Positions 8,629 through 19,684 of a stretch of DNA of 35,743 nucleotides are shown here, in pieces; position 1 is the stretch's first letter; every line of letters begins with the position of its first letter. The notes under the pieces were generated by a model. That model did not search any database and was not told the DNA's origin. It saw nothing but the letters and a program-made list of their open reading frames with translations. This DNA comes from Myxococcota bacterium. GTDB lineage: Bacteria > Myxococcota > JACRCW01. The position numbers were made by a program, and so were the translations under genes. The stretch is taken from NCBI GenBank assembly GCA_040752415.1, contig JBFMGU010000102.1:1-35743 (forward strand). The letters are read 5' to 3'.

Positions 8629-10014
8629 GTGAAGGAAAGCATCATCGAGATCAACGGGGGCCGACGTTTGACGGGCGGGCGGGTGTCCGTGGCCGGCTCC
8701 TCCAACCAGGTCACCAAGAGCATCATTGCCGCGCTGCTGACCAACGAGGACGTGCTCATCAAGGGCGCCCCGGAGGTCAATGAGCGCAAGATGGTGGAGG
8801 AGCTCTTTGCGTTCCTCGGCGGGCGCGTGGAGCACGTGGACACCGCCACCGTGCGACTCAACGCGCGCGGCGTCACCACCGCCAACATCCCGGATGATCT
8901 GTGTCGTCGGAACCGCATCAGCGTGCTGGCCGCCGGGCCCCTGCTGCACCGCTTCCGGGAGGTCTCCATTGCCAACACGCTGGGCGGCGACAAGATCGGC
9001 AAGCGGCCGGTGGACTTCCACGTCAAGGGCCTGCAGGAGATGGGCGCGCACGTGGAGACGGAGGGTGGTCGCTACCAATTCTCCGTGGGCGAGGAAGGCC
9101 TGCACGGCGCGCACATCGTGCTGCCGTTCCCGTCGGTGATGACCACCGAGCACCTCATCATGACCGCCACGTTGGCGCGCGGCCGCACCATCATCGAGAA
9201 CGCCGCCACCGAGCCGGAGATCATCGAGCTGGTGAAGATGCTGCAGAAGATGGGCGCGGACATCATGGTGGACGCGCACCGCACCTTCGTCATCCAGGGC
9301 GTGCAGAAGCTCAAGGGTTGTGAGCTGCGCTGCATGGTGGACCGCAACCAGGCCGTGAGCTTTGCCTGCGCGGCGCTGGCCACCGGCGGGAACGTGCTGC
9401 TGGAGAAGGTCCCGCATGACCCGGTGTACAGCTTCCTGAACTACATCCAGCGCATGGGCGCGGAGTTCCGCGTCAACTCCGAGGGCGTGTACGTCAGCGC
9501 CCCCGCGGGGCGACCGCTGACGGGCACGCACATCGAGGTGGAGGTCCACCCGGGCTTCATGACCGACTGGCAGCAGCCCTTCATGGTCCTCTTCACGCAG
9601 GCCTCCGGCGTGAGCGTGCTGCACGAGACCATCTTCGAGGACCGCCTGGCGTACACGCGCTTCCTCACGGACATGGGCGCCAACATCACGCTCTTCTCCA
9701 GGTGCCTGGGTGAGGTGCCGTGCCGCTTCCGGGGCCGCAACCACGTGCACTCGGGCATCATCCAGGGCCCCACGGAGCTGCACGCGCGGGACTTCAAGCT
9801 GCCCACGGACATCCGCGCCGGCATGTGTCTCGTCGTGGCGGGGCTGGTGGCGCGCGGGACCATGCGCCTGTCCAACATCCAGGAGCTGCAGCGCAAGTAT
9901 GACAACCTGGTGCCCAAGCTGCAGAACATGGGCGCGGACATCCGCGTCAACGGCGTGGAATCCACCCAGGGCTTCACTTCGCAGAGCTTCATCTCCGGGA
10001 TGCCGCGGGTCTAA
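8629..10014 (+). CDS. murA: UDP-N-acetylglucosamine 1-carboxyvinyltransferase (MurA), Asp115-type
   Basis: GGDKIGKRPVDFH, PSVMTTE, IENAATEPEI, HPGFMTDWQQPF, ETIFEDR, DIRAG. Start uncertain: GTG 8629 after GGGAG, or ATG 8584. Confidence 0.9.
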   Translation: MKESIIEINGGRRLTGGRVSVAGSSNQVTKSIIAALLTNEDVLIKGAPEVNERKMVEELFAFLGGRVEHVDTATVRLNARGVTTANIPDDLCRRNRISVLAAGPLLHRFREVSIANTLGGDKIGKRPVDFHVKGLQEMGAHVETEGGRYQFSVGEEGLHGAHIVLPFPSVMTTEHLIMTATLARGRTIIENAATEPEIIELVKMLQKMGADIMVDAHRTFVIQGVQKLKGCELRCMVDRNQAVSFACAALATGGNVLLEKVPHDPVYSFLNYIQRMGAEFRVNSEGVYVSAPAGRPLTGTHIEVEVHPGFMTDWQQPFMVLFTQASGVSVLHETIFEDRLAYTRFLTDMGANITLFSRCLGEVPCRFRGRNHVHSGIIQGPTELHARDFKLPTDIRAGMCLVVAGLVARGTMRLSNIQELQRKYDNLVPKLQNMGADIRVNGVESTQGFTSQSFISGMPRV

Positions 10015-10020
10015 TCGACC

Positions 10021-10746
10021 ATGACGTTCCCCTGGGTGCCACGCATTCCACCGCTGGCGCCGGGCGTGATCCAGGTCCACCGCTTCACGCTGGCCGCCCC
10101 ACCCGCGCGCCGGGAGGCATTGCTGGCGCTCCTCACCGACGACGAGCGACAACGCGCGAGCGGGTACTTCTTCCCGGTGCACCAGGAACGTTTCGTGGTC
10201 GGGCGCGCCACGTTGCGGTTGATCCTGTCCCCTCACCTGGGAACCCAGCCTTCCGCGGTGCGCCTGCGCGTGGGACCGCACGGCAAGCCCGCGTTGCACG
10301 ACGACACCGCGCTCAGGTTCAACCTCTCGCATTGCGAGGACTGCGCGGTCTGCGCGGTCACCACGGGCCACGACGTCGGGATTGACGTGGAAGCGGTGCG
10401 TGAGCGCCCCCTGCTGCACCAGGTGGCGCAGCGGTTCTTCTCGCCGGTGGAAGCGCAGGAGGTGTTGAGCGCGCCCGCTCCCGCGCAACTGCGCCGGTTC
10501 CTCACCTGTTGGACGCGCAAGGAGGCGTTCATCAAGGCGTGCGGCGGCGGCCTGTCCATCCCGCTGGATGGCTTCCAGGTCACCACGCAAGGACCGGCGC
10601 GCCTGCTCGCCACACCGTGGGCGCCCGACGAGGTGGAACGTTGGAGCCTGATGGACGTCGACGTGGGGCCCGACCACGTGGCCGCGCTGGCGGTGGGCGC
10701 GGGAAATCACGTCGTGGAGCAGGTCCGCTGGGAGGAGCCGGGCTGA
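10021..10746 (+). CDS. Sfp/HetI-type 4'-phosphopantetheinyl transferase
   Basis: HGKP, FNLSH, VGIDVE, WTRKEAFIKACG.GL. Starts 6 bp after the murA stop. Confidence 0.93.
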   Translation: MTFPWVPRIPPLAPGVIQVHRFTLAAPPARREALLALLTDDERQRASGYFFPVHQERFVVGRATLRLILSPHLGTQPSAVRLRVGPHGKPALHDDTALRFNLSHCEDCAVCAVTTGHDVGIDVEAVRERPLLHQVAQRFFSPVEAQEVLSAPAPAQLRRFLTCWTRKEAFIKACGGGLSIPLDGFQVTTQGPARLLATPWAPDEVERWSLMDVDVGPDHVAALAVGAGNHVVEQVRWEEPG

Positions 10747-10801
10747 GCCTGTGTCGTCCCCCGGCTCAGCGCACCAGGGACGACGTCAAGAATCGGGAGC
10801 C

Positions 10802-11641
10802 TCAGGGCACCAGGAGACTCGCGCCCGTCAGGCCGGCGCCGAGCGCAAGCAACGCCAGACCGAGCACGAGCGCCGCGCTCCCGACGAGGGCGGCGACCGC
10901 ACCGCCCAGGATCGTGGCGGTTTCCAGGTCGCTCCCGTGTCGGAGACGGGGGACGCGGGTGCCCGCATAACGATTGACCACCGGAGTCACGAACACACCC
11001 GCCTCCGCCGCGACGCCACCCGGTCCCAGGGGTCCCAACAACGCCATCACCACCGCCCCCACCACCGCCGCGGCGGCACCGGCGGTCCGCAACACCGGCG
11101 CCACGCTCGGAGCGGCGGTGCTCCCGACTGCGCGCGCGTGACCGCTCGTCTCCACCAACTGACGCACCATGGGCGACGCGGCGGCCAGGAGCTCCTGCGC
11201 CTGACGCACCTTGAGCTGTCGCGACACGGAAGCCACCTGCAACGCCGTGCGCAGGTCCAGCAGCCACAGCTCCACGCGGTGATCGTCGTCGACACGGAAC
11301 ACCGCGCCGCCAACCATGTGGGTCACCCCCAGCGCGCCGGCCATCTCGGTGTCCAGGAGCGCGCAGCGGTCGGTGGCGCAGGTGAGGAGCTGTCTCTGGC
11401 TGTCGTCGGAGAGGAGGACCGCCACCTCCTGGGGTGACATCACGCGCGCAAAGGTGGAGCCCCGACGCAGCTCGTCGACGAGCGTCAGCGTCATCAGCTC
11501 CACCATGCTTGAATCCGCGCCGCCCTTGGCCTGCAGGGGAAACACCGCAACGCTCTCGGCGGACCGCGCCGGCGCCGCCACCGCAGTGACAGGCCACGAC
11601 AACCCCAGCGCCAAAACCGCGCGAGAGAGGCGCGAAATCAT
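10802..11641 (-). CDS. Hypothetical exported/membrane protein
   Basis: Signal peptide, VAVFPL strand, C-x4-C pair (CATDRC) followed by MAGALGVTHMVGG (TolB-N/CsgG-like pattern common in myxobacterial exported proteins), and a hydrophobic C-terminus with 2-3 TM segments. Confidence 0.7.
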   Translation of the reverse strand: MISRLSRAVLALGLSWPVTAVAAPARSAESVAVFPLQAKGGADSSMVELMTLTLVDELRRGSTFARVMSPQEVAVLLSDDSQRQLLTCATDRCALLDTEMAGALGVTHMVGGAVFRVDDDHRVELWLLDLRTALQVASVSRQLKVRQAQELLAAASPMVRQLVETSGHARAVGSTAAPSVAPVLRTAGAAAAVVGAVVMALLGPLGPGGVAAEAGVFVTPVVNRYAGTRVPRLRHGSDLETATILGGAVAALVGSAALVLGLALLALGAGLTGASLLVP

Positions 11642-11689
11642 GGCCGCACATGTAGCACTGGTTTGACCTCTGGTAGCATCCTCCCTCGC

Positions 11690-13051
11690 ATGTCCGGACC
11701 CCGTGCCTGCGGCGCTGCGCTGTTGCTCGTCTTGACCGCAGCATGCCGACCCAGCCTGACCAATTCCTGGTGCGAGTCCGACGCCGACTGCGCCGCCGAG
11801 GCCGGGCTGCGCTGCGTGGACGGCACGTGCGTGGAACCGGGCGCATCCTCCGGGGCGGCCCCAACGTCCTCGTCGGTCTCGTCGAGCGGCGCCTCCACGT
11901 CCTCCGCGTCAGCCTCCACCTCGAGCGCGAGCGCCGCCACCACATCCACGACGTCATCGTCCCCGGGCGCAAGCTCGTCCGGCGGCGCCACGTCGAGCGC
12001 GTCCGCGGCCACCAGCTCGTCGTCGACCGCCAGCAGCTCCGCCGCCAGCGGGTCGACGGGTGCAGCGTCTTCCGGGAACACCACGAGCTCAAGCGCCAGC
12101 AGCTCCTCATCATCCACCGGCAGCCTCCTCACCTCGTCATCCAGCAGCGGGTCCCTGTCCTCGTCGCTGACAGGGTCGTCCTCCGCCGCGTCCTCCCCGT
12201 CGTCGAGCTCCAGTTCCTCCGCTTCCTCCTCCTCGGGATGCGGCACCATCCAGTGGGGGCTGAGCGGCAACCTGGAGACCACGGAACAGGGCACCACCGT
12301 GGCGGTTGCCTTCCAGCTGAGTCAGGCGCCGGTGGGCGCGGTGAGCCTGGGCGTGTCGGTGACACCTTCCAGCGAGGCGCAACGCGCCGACGGAGCGCTG
12401 CCCTTGACGTTCGACCAGGTCAACTGGTCCGAGCCGCAGTTCGTCACCGTCCAGGGCGTCGACGACAACGACTATGACGGGAACCAGCCGTTCACGTTGC
12501 GGGTGAGCTACACCGCCGGGGACGCCTGCTACGTCTCGCAGTCGGTCACGCTCGTCGGCGTCAACCACAACGACGATTTCCTCATGTTCGCCAGCACCCT
12601 GTGGACTGGCAACCTGGGCGGGCCGGCGGGCGCCGACGCCAAGTGCGCCGGCGAAGCGGCCGAGGCCCCACTCCCGTCCGGCACGTACCGCGCCATGCTC
12701 GTCGACGGGACCACGCGGAGCGCCCAGCCGGCCTTGAACTGGGTCCTCCAGCCGAGCTCCCGCTACTACGACCAGAACAGCGTCTTCCTGTTCCAGACCG
12801 ACGCCACCGGCCGATTCGACTTCGGCGATGACGAGTGGACCAACGCGCTCTCCGTCGACACCATGTATGACGCCTGGACCGGCCTGAACGCCGACTGGAC
12901 CACCCACGCGGACACCTGCAACGGCTGGGCATCTGAGGAGGACGCCGTGAATGGACGGCGCGGGAGCATTCATGCCACGGACGCCACGGCGATCTCCTCG
13001 GTTTCGGCCCGCTGCAACGACATCGCGCGGCTGATTTGCGTCATGCAGTGA
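11690..13051 (+). CDS. Lipoprotein with Cys knot, Ser-rich linker, Ig/Calx-beta-like domain and C-terminal DUF1554 (endostatin-like) domain
   Basis: Lipobox LTAAC; CESDADC...CVDGTC; ~130-aa Ser/Thr tract; LTFDQVNWSEPQFVTVQGVDDNDYDGNQ; GNLGGPAGADAKC...WTGL.ADWT...C.GW...LICVMQ. Confidence 0.82.
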   Translation: MSGPRACGAALLLVLTAACRPSLTNSWCESDADCAAEAGLRCVDGTCVEPGASSGAAPTSSSVSSSGASTSSASASTSSASAATTSTTSSSPGASSSGGATSSASAATSSSSTASSSAASGSTGAASSGNTTSSSASSSSSSTGSLLTSSSSSGSLSSSLTGSSSAASSPSSSSSSSASSSSGCGTIQWGLSGNLETTEQGTTVAVAFQLSQAPVGAVSLGVSVTPSSEAQRADGALPLTFDQVNWSEPQFVTVQGVDDNDYDGNQPFTLRVSYTAGDACYVSQSVTLVGVNHNDDFLMFASTLWTGNLGGPAGADAKCAGEAAEAPLPSGTYRAMLVDGTTRSAQPALNWVLQPSSRYYDQNSVFLFQTDATGRFDFGDDEWTNALSVDTMYDAWTGLNADWTTHADTCNGWASEEDAVNGRRGSIHATDATAISSVSARCNDIARLICVMQ

Positions 13052-13204
13052 GCGTGGCGCGCGCGGTTGGTCCAAGACGAGCCCAGCATCTCCCGACCTT
13101 GGCCTTGGGCGTGTGGCCTCCGACGTCGTCGTGAAACCTTGCGTCCCTGCGGGCGGATGATATTCCCAGTCCCCGCGCGACACCTGGGAGACCACCGCAG
13201 CAAC

Positions 13205-13498
13205 ATGTCCGCCCCCACCAGCATCCGACTGACCCTCTGCAAGGGCGCCCTGACCCGGCTCTTCACCGACGAGAACTGGAACGGCTCCGCGATTCCCGAC
13301 GTCGTGGAGGCCTATGCCAGGACGCTGCGCGGCGCGCTTGCCAGGCACTACGGCACGCAGCTCATCCGGGTTGAGATCAGACCCGACCAGGTGGGACGGA
13401 TGCGTCTCGTGTTCGGGGGCACGGGAGTGGATGACCTGGCGGAGACCGCGCGCATCTGGGCACTGGCGCAGGAGGTCTCGCGCTGGGTCTACGCCTGA
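13205..13498 (+). CDS. Small hypothetical protein (97 aa)
   Basis: GC3-biased open frame with globular-looking composition (MSAPTSIRLTLCKG...WVYA); GGAG upstream. No family recognised. Confidence 0.6.
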   Translation: MSAPTSIRLTLCKGALTRLFTDENWNGSAIPDVVEAYARTLRGALARHYGTQLIRVEIRPDQVGRMRLVFGGTGVDDLAETARIWALAQEVSRWVYA

Positions 13499-13574
13499 CC
13501 GCCCGCCCCGCTCAGCGCGTCACACCCACCGCGCCCAGTGAACAGATCCAGAACGGTTGCCATCTGTTCCTGAC

Positions 13575-13790
13575 CGCCTCCAACGGACCACGACCTGGCG
13601 TGCGGCGGGTCCTCGCCGCCCTGGTCAGCGTCGAGCGGTTTGGACAACCGTCAAGGGTCCACGCGCCACGAGACAGCACCCTGCACGACGTCATGGAGCC
13701 CAAGGGCTGTTCGGCCCGCTGTGAACGCGCTCGACGCTGACCAGGGCGGCGAGGGCCCGCCGCACTCCAGGTCGTGGTCCGTTGGAGGCG
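13575..13790. repeat. REPIN-like inverted repeat element (63-bp arms, 90-bp spacer)
   Basis: 13575-13637 and 13728-13790 are reverse complements with 2 mismatches. Each arm carries CCTGG(A/C)GTGCGGCGGG(C/T)CCTCGCCGCCCTGG, an internal palindrome. Confidence 0.9.
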
Positions 13791-13829
13791 CTCTGGGCCA
13801 CGTGTCCAAGGTTGTTCTGACGCAGCCGC

Positions 13830-14036
13830 TCAGGTGTTCGGAGCCTGACAGTGAGGGGACACGGGTGGCGCGTAGCGCGCGAGCAGGTTGAGGAGGAGGT
13901 CGCGGCGACTGCGGCCGATGGCCACCCGCAGACGCATGCCGCCGCGCAGCGCGCCGGTCAGCAGGAGCACGTACGCGGACAGCACCCAGGTGGCGGGTCC
14001 GTGATCACGCGCGGCAGGTGGTCGTGACGACGCCAT
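13830..14036 (-). CDS. Possible small hypothetical protein (68 aa)
   Basis: ORF with one hydrophobic stretch (WVLSAYVLLLTGAL) filling an otherwise empty gap. Weak RBS. Confidence 0.35.
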   Translation of the reverse strand: MASSRPPAARDHGPATWVLSAYVLLLTGALRGGMRLRVAIGRSRRDLLLNLLARYAPPVSPHCQAPNT

Positions 14037-14112
14037 GCAGGCCCCACATCTCCATCACGACGTAACGGAGCATGAATTTTGCGTCAGCGTGTGCCTTGTC
14101 CGCGCCCGCGCG

Positions 14113-14508
14113 TCACGGCTCGCGGTCATCCGTGGTGGCGTTCTCCGACGGTGGGGGCAGGTCATCGGTCTCCCAGGTCACCAACGGAGAATGACGCACC
14201 ACCATGGTCACCACGCGCGCCACGGGTTTGAACGTGGCCAGGGTGATGAGCGCGGACCCCGCCAGCAGGGCCCAGCCCGCCGTGGAGCGTTGGTTCCGCC
14301 ACAACAGCGTGCTCGCCAAGGCGGTCAGTGCCACGTGTGCAGTCGCGCCGAGCATGAGTGCCAACCATGCCAGCGCGCGGTCCGCGCGGTGCAGCTTGAA
14401 GGCCACGGCAAACACCACGCCGCCCGTCAGCAGCGCTCCCAGGACGAGCACCACCACACCCACCACCAACCACCGTGGTCTCTGTCTGCTGCGCGCCCGC
14501 CGGCCCAT
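14113..14508 (-). CDS. Small membrane protein (3 TM)
   Basis: Basic N-terminus, three long hydrophobic segments and an acidic tail. Start ATG 14508 or TTG 14535. Confidence 0.65.
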   Translation of the reverse strand: MGRRARSRQRPRWLVVGVVVLVLGALLTGGVVFAVAFKLHRADRALAWLALMLGATAHVALTALASTLLWRNQRSTAGWALLAGSALITLATFKPVARVVTMVVRHSPLVTWETDDLPPPSENATTDDREP

Positions 14509-14684
14509 GCCCGGCCACTCTGCCACCGACGGCAAGCGGCACCAATCCCGGCCATGCCTTCAGGTCTGGCGCAACCGCAGGATCGTCGTGAGACGTGTGC
14601 CGGTGATCCTGGTCAAGACGACGCGCGGAAATACGAAACCCGGGACAACGCCCGGGCCTCGCACTTCCATCACGTCTCAACCGA

Positions 14685-17111
<2,427 letters not shown>

Positions 17112-17181
17112 GTGCGACCTCTCCTTGGAGCGGTGCCCCAGGGGGCGCCGGGTCCGACCGGCAGCCGCGCGGGCCGTCGGT

Positions 17182-17219
17182 TCGTGAACGGAAAATAAGA
17201 TCGTTCACGATTCTGGCAA
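17182..17219 (-). promoter_or_regulatory. Putative lon promoter with an overlapping palindromic operator
   Basis: Minus strand TTGCCA (17219-17214)-N16-TATTTT (17197-17192), overlapped by the inverted repeat TCGTGAACG-N11-CGTTCACGA (17182-17210). Confidence 0.6.
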
Positions 17220-17255
17220 GGGGGTGATCCCGCCTGCCGGCCCGGGTGGGGCAGT

Positions 17256-17858
17256 TCACCGGCCGTTGCGACGCTTGAGCAGGCCCTGGAGAACCAGCTG
17301 GTGCATGGCCTTGAGCAGCGGTTCCACCTCGTCGCGTGGCTGAGAATAGAGCCAGGGCGGGGTGAAGGCCGCGTAGGCGCGTTGCAGCGCGGTGGCGGTG
17401 AGCTCCGGATCTTTGATGCTGAACTCACCTTGGCGATTCGCGGCTTGCAGCAGCTCGCGCAGCATCTGGTGCTCTTCCTGCTGGAACCGCTGGTGCGCGT
17501 CCTTGACCGCGGGGCAGACGCAATGGACCAGCTCATGCGCGTGCTGGCCCACTTCCTTGATGGCCAGGAACATCTGGCAGCGGCGGTCCAGCATCTCGCG
17601 CAGCCGCTCCTCGTAGGAGCCCGGGCCCACGGCGATCTCGCGCATGGCCTTGAGCACGTCGGCGTGACGGACGCGGCTGATCTCCAGGACAATGGCGTCC
17701 TTGGACTCGAACTCCAGGTACACCGTGCCCACGCCGATGCGCGCCTCGCGGGCGATGTCACCGATGGTGGTCTTCTGCAGCCCGTAGTGGACCAGCAGGC
17801 GCTCGGCGGCCCGCAGGATCTGGGTGCGACGCAGGGACTCGTTGGAGCCTGTGGTCAC
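17256..17858 (-). CDS. TetR/AcrR family transcriptional regulator
   Basis: RRTQILRAAERLLVHYGLQKTTIGDIAREARIGVGTVYLEFESKDAI HTH signature. GTG start after GGAGG. Confidence 0.95.
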   Translation of the reverse strand: MTTGSNESLRRTQILRAAERLLVHYGLQKTTIGDIAREARIGVGTVYLEFESKDAIVLEISRVRHADVLKAMREIAVGPGSYEERLREMLDRRCQMFLAIKEVGQHAHELVHCVCPAVKDAHQRFQQEEHQMLRELLQAANRQGEFSIKDPELTATALQRAYAAFTPPWLYSQPRDEVEPLLKAMHQLVLQGLLKRRNGR

Positions 17859-17878
17859 GCAGCCCTCCGGCGGTGCGC

Positions 17879-17905
17879 CGTGAATGAAACGCGCTCATAT
17901 TCAAC
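17879..17905. promoter_or_regulatory. Second copy of the operator-like motif, upstream of tetR
   Basis: CGTGAATGAAA...TTCA has the same TGAA-N15-TTCA geometry as the lon site, and its left half matches 9/11. Confidence 0.5.
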
Positions 17906-17946
17906 AAGGTATCGGAGCGCGGCGCAAGTGCCCTTGGGCTGGGGCC

Positions 17947-18229
17947 TGACCTTCGACTCCGCGAGGGTGGTGCCCTCCGAGCGCAGGCGCACGGTCGCCA
18001 CGTGGGTTGGGTTGGGAGGGCGTGTCCGGGGGGGCACGCGGAACAGCCGCTCAGGCACACGACGCGCGGCGCCGGAGGACCTCCCGAACGCAAGGTGTAT
18101 GACACTTTGTGAGGTTGCGGGGGCCCTCCGCCTCCGCGGGTGCCAGCGCAGTCCGACCGCCAACGCTCCCAACCAACCCACGCACCGCGCCGCCGCGCAG
18201 CCCAGCACCCGAGGGGGACGCGCAGGTCA
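17947..18229. repeat. Degenerate long fold-back element between the BON gene stop and the tetR promoter
   Basis: CGTGGGTTGGGTTGGGAG (18001-18018) pairs with CTCCCAACCAACCCACG (18166-18182). Nested stems 18054-58/18140-44, 18065-69/18134-38, 18073-78/18125-30 and 18089-98/18102-11; outer 17947-52/18224-29. Confidence 0.55.
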
Positions 18230-19684
18230 AATCCCGCCGCGCCCCCGCTTGCCCACGACGAGCTCGTTGTGCAGCCCCTTGGCGCCACAGCGCAGCGCGT
18301 GTTCCTGCGCCTCGCGCCAGGCCATCCAGCCGTCCACCCGGCCGGTCAGCGTCACCACGCCGTACTGCACATTGACCTCGACGGCGCTGGTGTCGGTGAA
18401 CGGACTCCACTGCAACGCGCTCTCCACGTTCTCACGGATACGCACGTCCGCCTCCGAGCTCCACGACTCACTGATCTTGAGCGCGTTGTGGATCCCCACC
18501 ACGCCGTTGATGTCCGCCGCCGCGCGCTCCGCCTCCTCGCGCTCGAACTGGCTGTCCACCTCGCCAGTCAGCGTCACGATCCCGTCGTAGAGCGACCAGC
18601 TTACCTCCGTCGGGTCGACGTACGGCTGGAAGGCCATGGCGCGCTCCAGGCGGGTGCGCAGCTCCGCGTCGGTGACACGTCGCGCGGGCTGCAGCGTCAC
18701 GCTGTTCTCCACGCGCCAGATCCCCGGCGTGTTGCGCGCCACCTCTTCCGCCGCCAGCCGCGCCTGTGCGTTGTCGACGACGCCCATGACCCGCGCCAGC
18801 CCACCCGCCACCGTCGCCTGCAGCTCATAGGGCGCCAGCCGCGGGTCCCGCTGGAATGACACGTGGAGGAAGTCGGTGAGCTCCTCCGCCGTGGGCTCGG
18901 CCACCGGGTGACGACGCTGCAGCTCGGCGCCCCACCCGAAGTCCACCTCCAACCGCGAGGCATCCACCTCCCGCACACCTTCCACCCACGCCAGCTCCGC
19001 GGCGCGCTGCTTCTCCACCGCGCTGCCCACGCTCCCGCTGAGCAGGACCCGGCCCTTCTTGACGTCCACCTCCACGAGCGCGTCGTTCAGCCAGCCGGAC
19101 AGGCGGAAGGTGTGTGCAATGTCCCGGCGGGTCTCCTCGTCAAAGCGGAACGTCTGGCTCTCCAGCAGCGTCATGCGGTCTTCCAGGGCGGTGATGCCCT
19201 TGATGCCCGACACCGTGTCCAGCACCAGCGCACGCGCGCGTCGACCGGGCACCGGGCCGTGCAGCGTCACCACGCCGTCACGCACCTCCGCGCGCAGGCC
19301 GTAGCGGTGGAGCGTGGGATTGAGCGTCAACACCTGGAGCACGTCGGCACGGATGGTGTCGTCGGGACGGCGGGGGACGACCATGCGAATGCGGTCCACC
19401 ACGCCGCGCACGCCGCGCACGCTCCGGGCAATCTGGAGGGCGGCGTTCCGCGCGCGCAGGTGCTGGGCCTGCCCGGTGAGCGTGACCACGCCACCCTGGG
19501 TGTCGACGTCAATGAGGAACGACGTCACCGCCGGGTCCGCCGCCAGCCGACGATGCACCGCCAGCGAGATGGCCTCGTCCGGGTAGACGCGGGTGGCGTG
19601 GGCCAGGGATTCCGCGTCGGCGCGCGCGGAGAGCAGCAAGAGCACCGCGGACGCAACCGCGGCCTTCAGCGACCGGGATGACAT
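18227..19684 (-). CDS. Periplasmic multi-BON domain protein (about 6 BON repeats, OsmY-like)
   Basis: Signal peptide ending ARADA; repeated (D)GVVTLTG.V ... A....GV..V.N.L units. Confidence 0.92.
   Translation of the reverse strand: MSSRSLKAAVASAVLLLLSARADAESLAHATRVYPDEAISLAVHRRLAADPAVTSFLIDVDTQGGVVTLTGQAQHLRARNAALQIARSVRGVRGVVDRIRMVVPRRPDDTIRADVLQVLTLNPTLHRYGLRAEVRDGVVTLHGPVPGRRARALVLDTVSGIKGITALEDRMTLLESQTFRFDEETRRDIAHTFRLSGWLNDALVEVDVKKGRVLLSGSVGSAVEKQRAAELAWVEGVREVDASRLEVDFGWGAELQRRHPVAEPTAEELTDFLHVSFQRDPRLAPYELQATVAGGLARVMGVVDNAQARLAAEEVARNTPGIWRVENSVTLQPARRVTDAELRTRLERAMAFQPYVDPTEVSWSLYDGIVTLTGEVDSQFEREEAERAAADINGVVGIHNALKISESWSSEADVRIRENVESALQWSPFTDTSAVEVNVQYGVVTLTGRVDGWMAWREAQEHALRCGAKGLHNELVVGKRGRGGI

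Noticed and set aside
8395..10710. 771-aa minus-strand ORF
   Set aside because: Antisense shadow of murA and the PPTase caused by GC3 bias; no motifs.
11638..12297. Acidic 219-aa minus-strand ORF (and the similar one at 28967-30190 on the plus strand)
   Set aside because: Antisense reading of Ser-rich linkers yields Asp/Glu runs.
13031..13044. FNR-like CTGATTTGCGTCAT
   Set aside because: Lies inside the conserved LICVM coding end of the DUF1554 gene.
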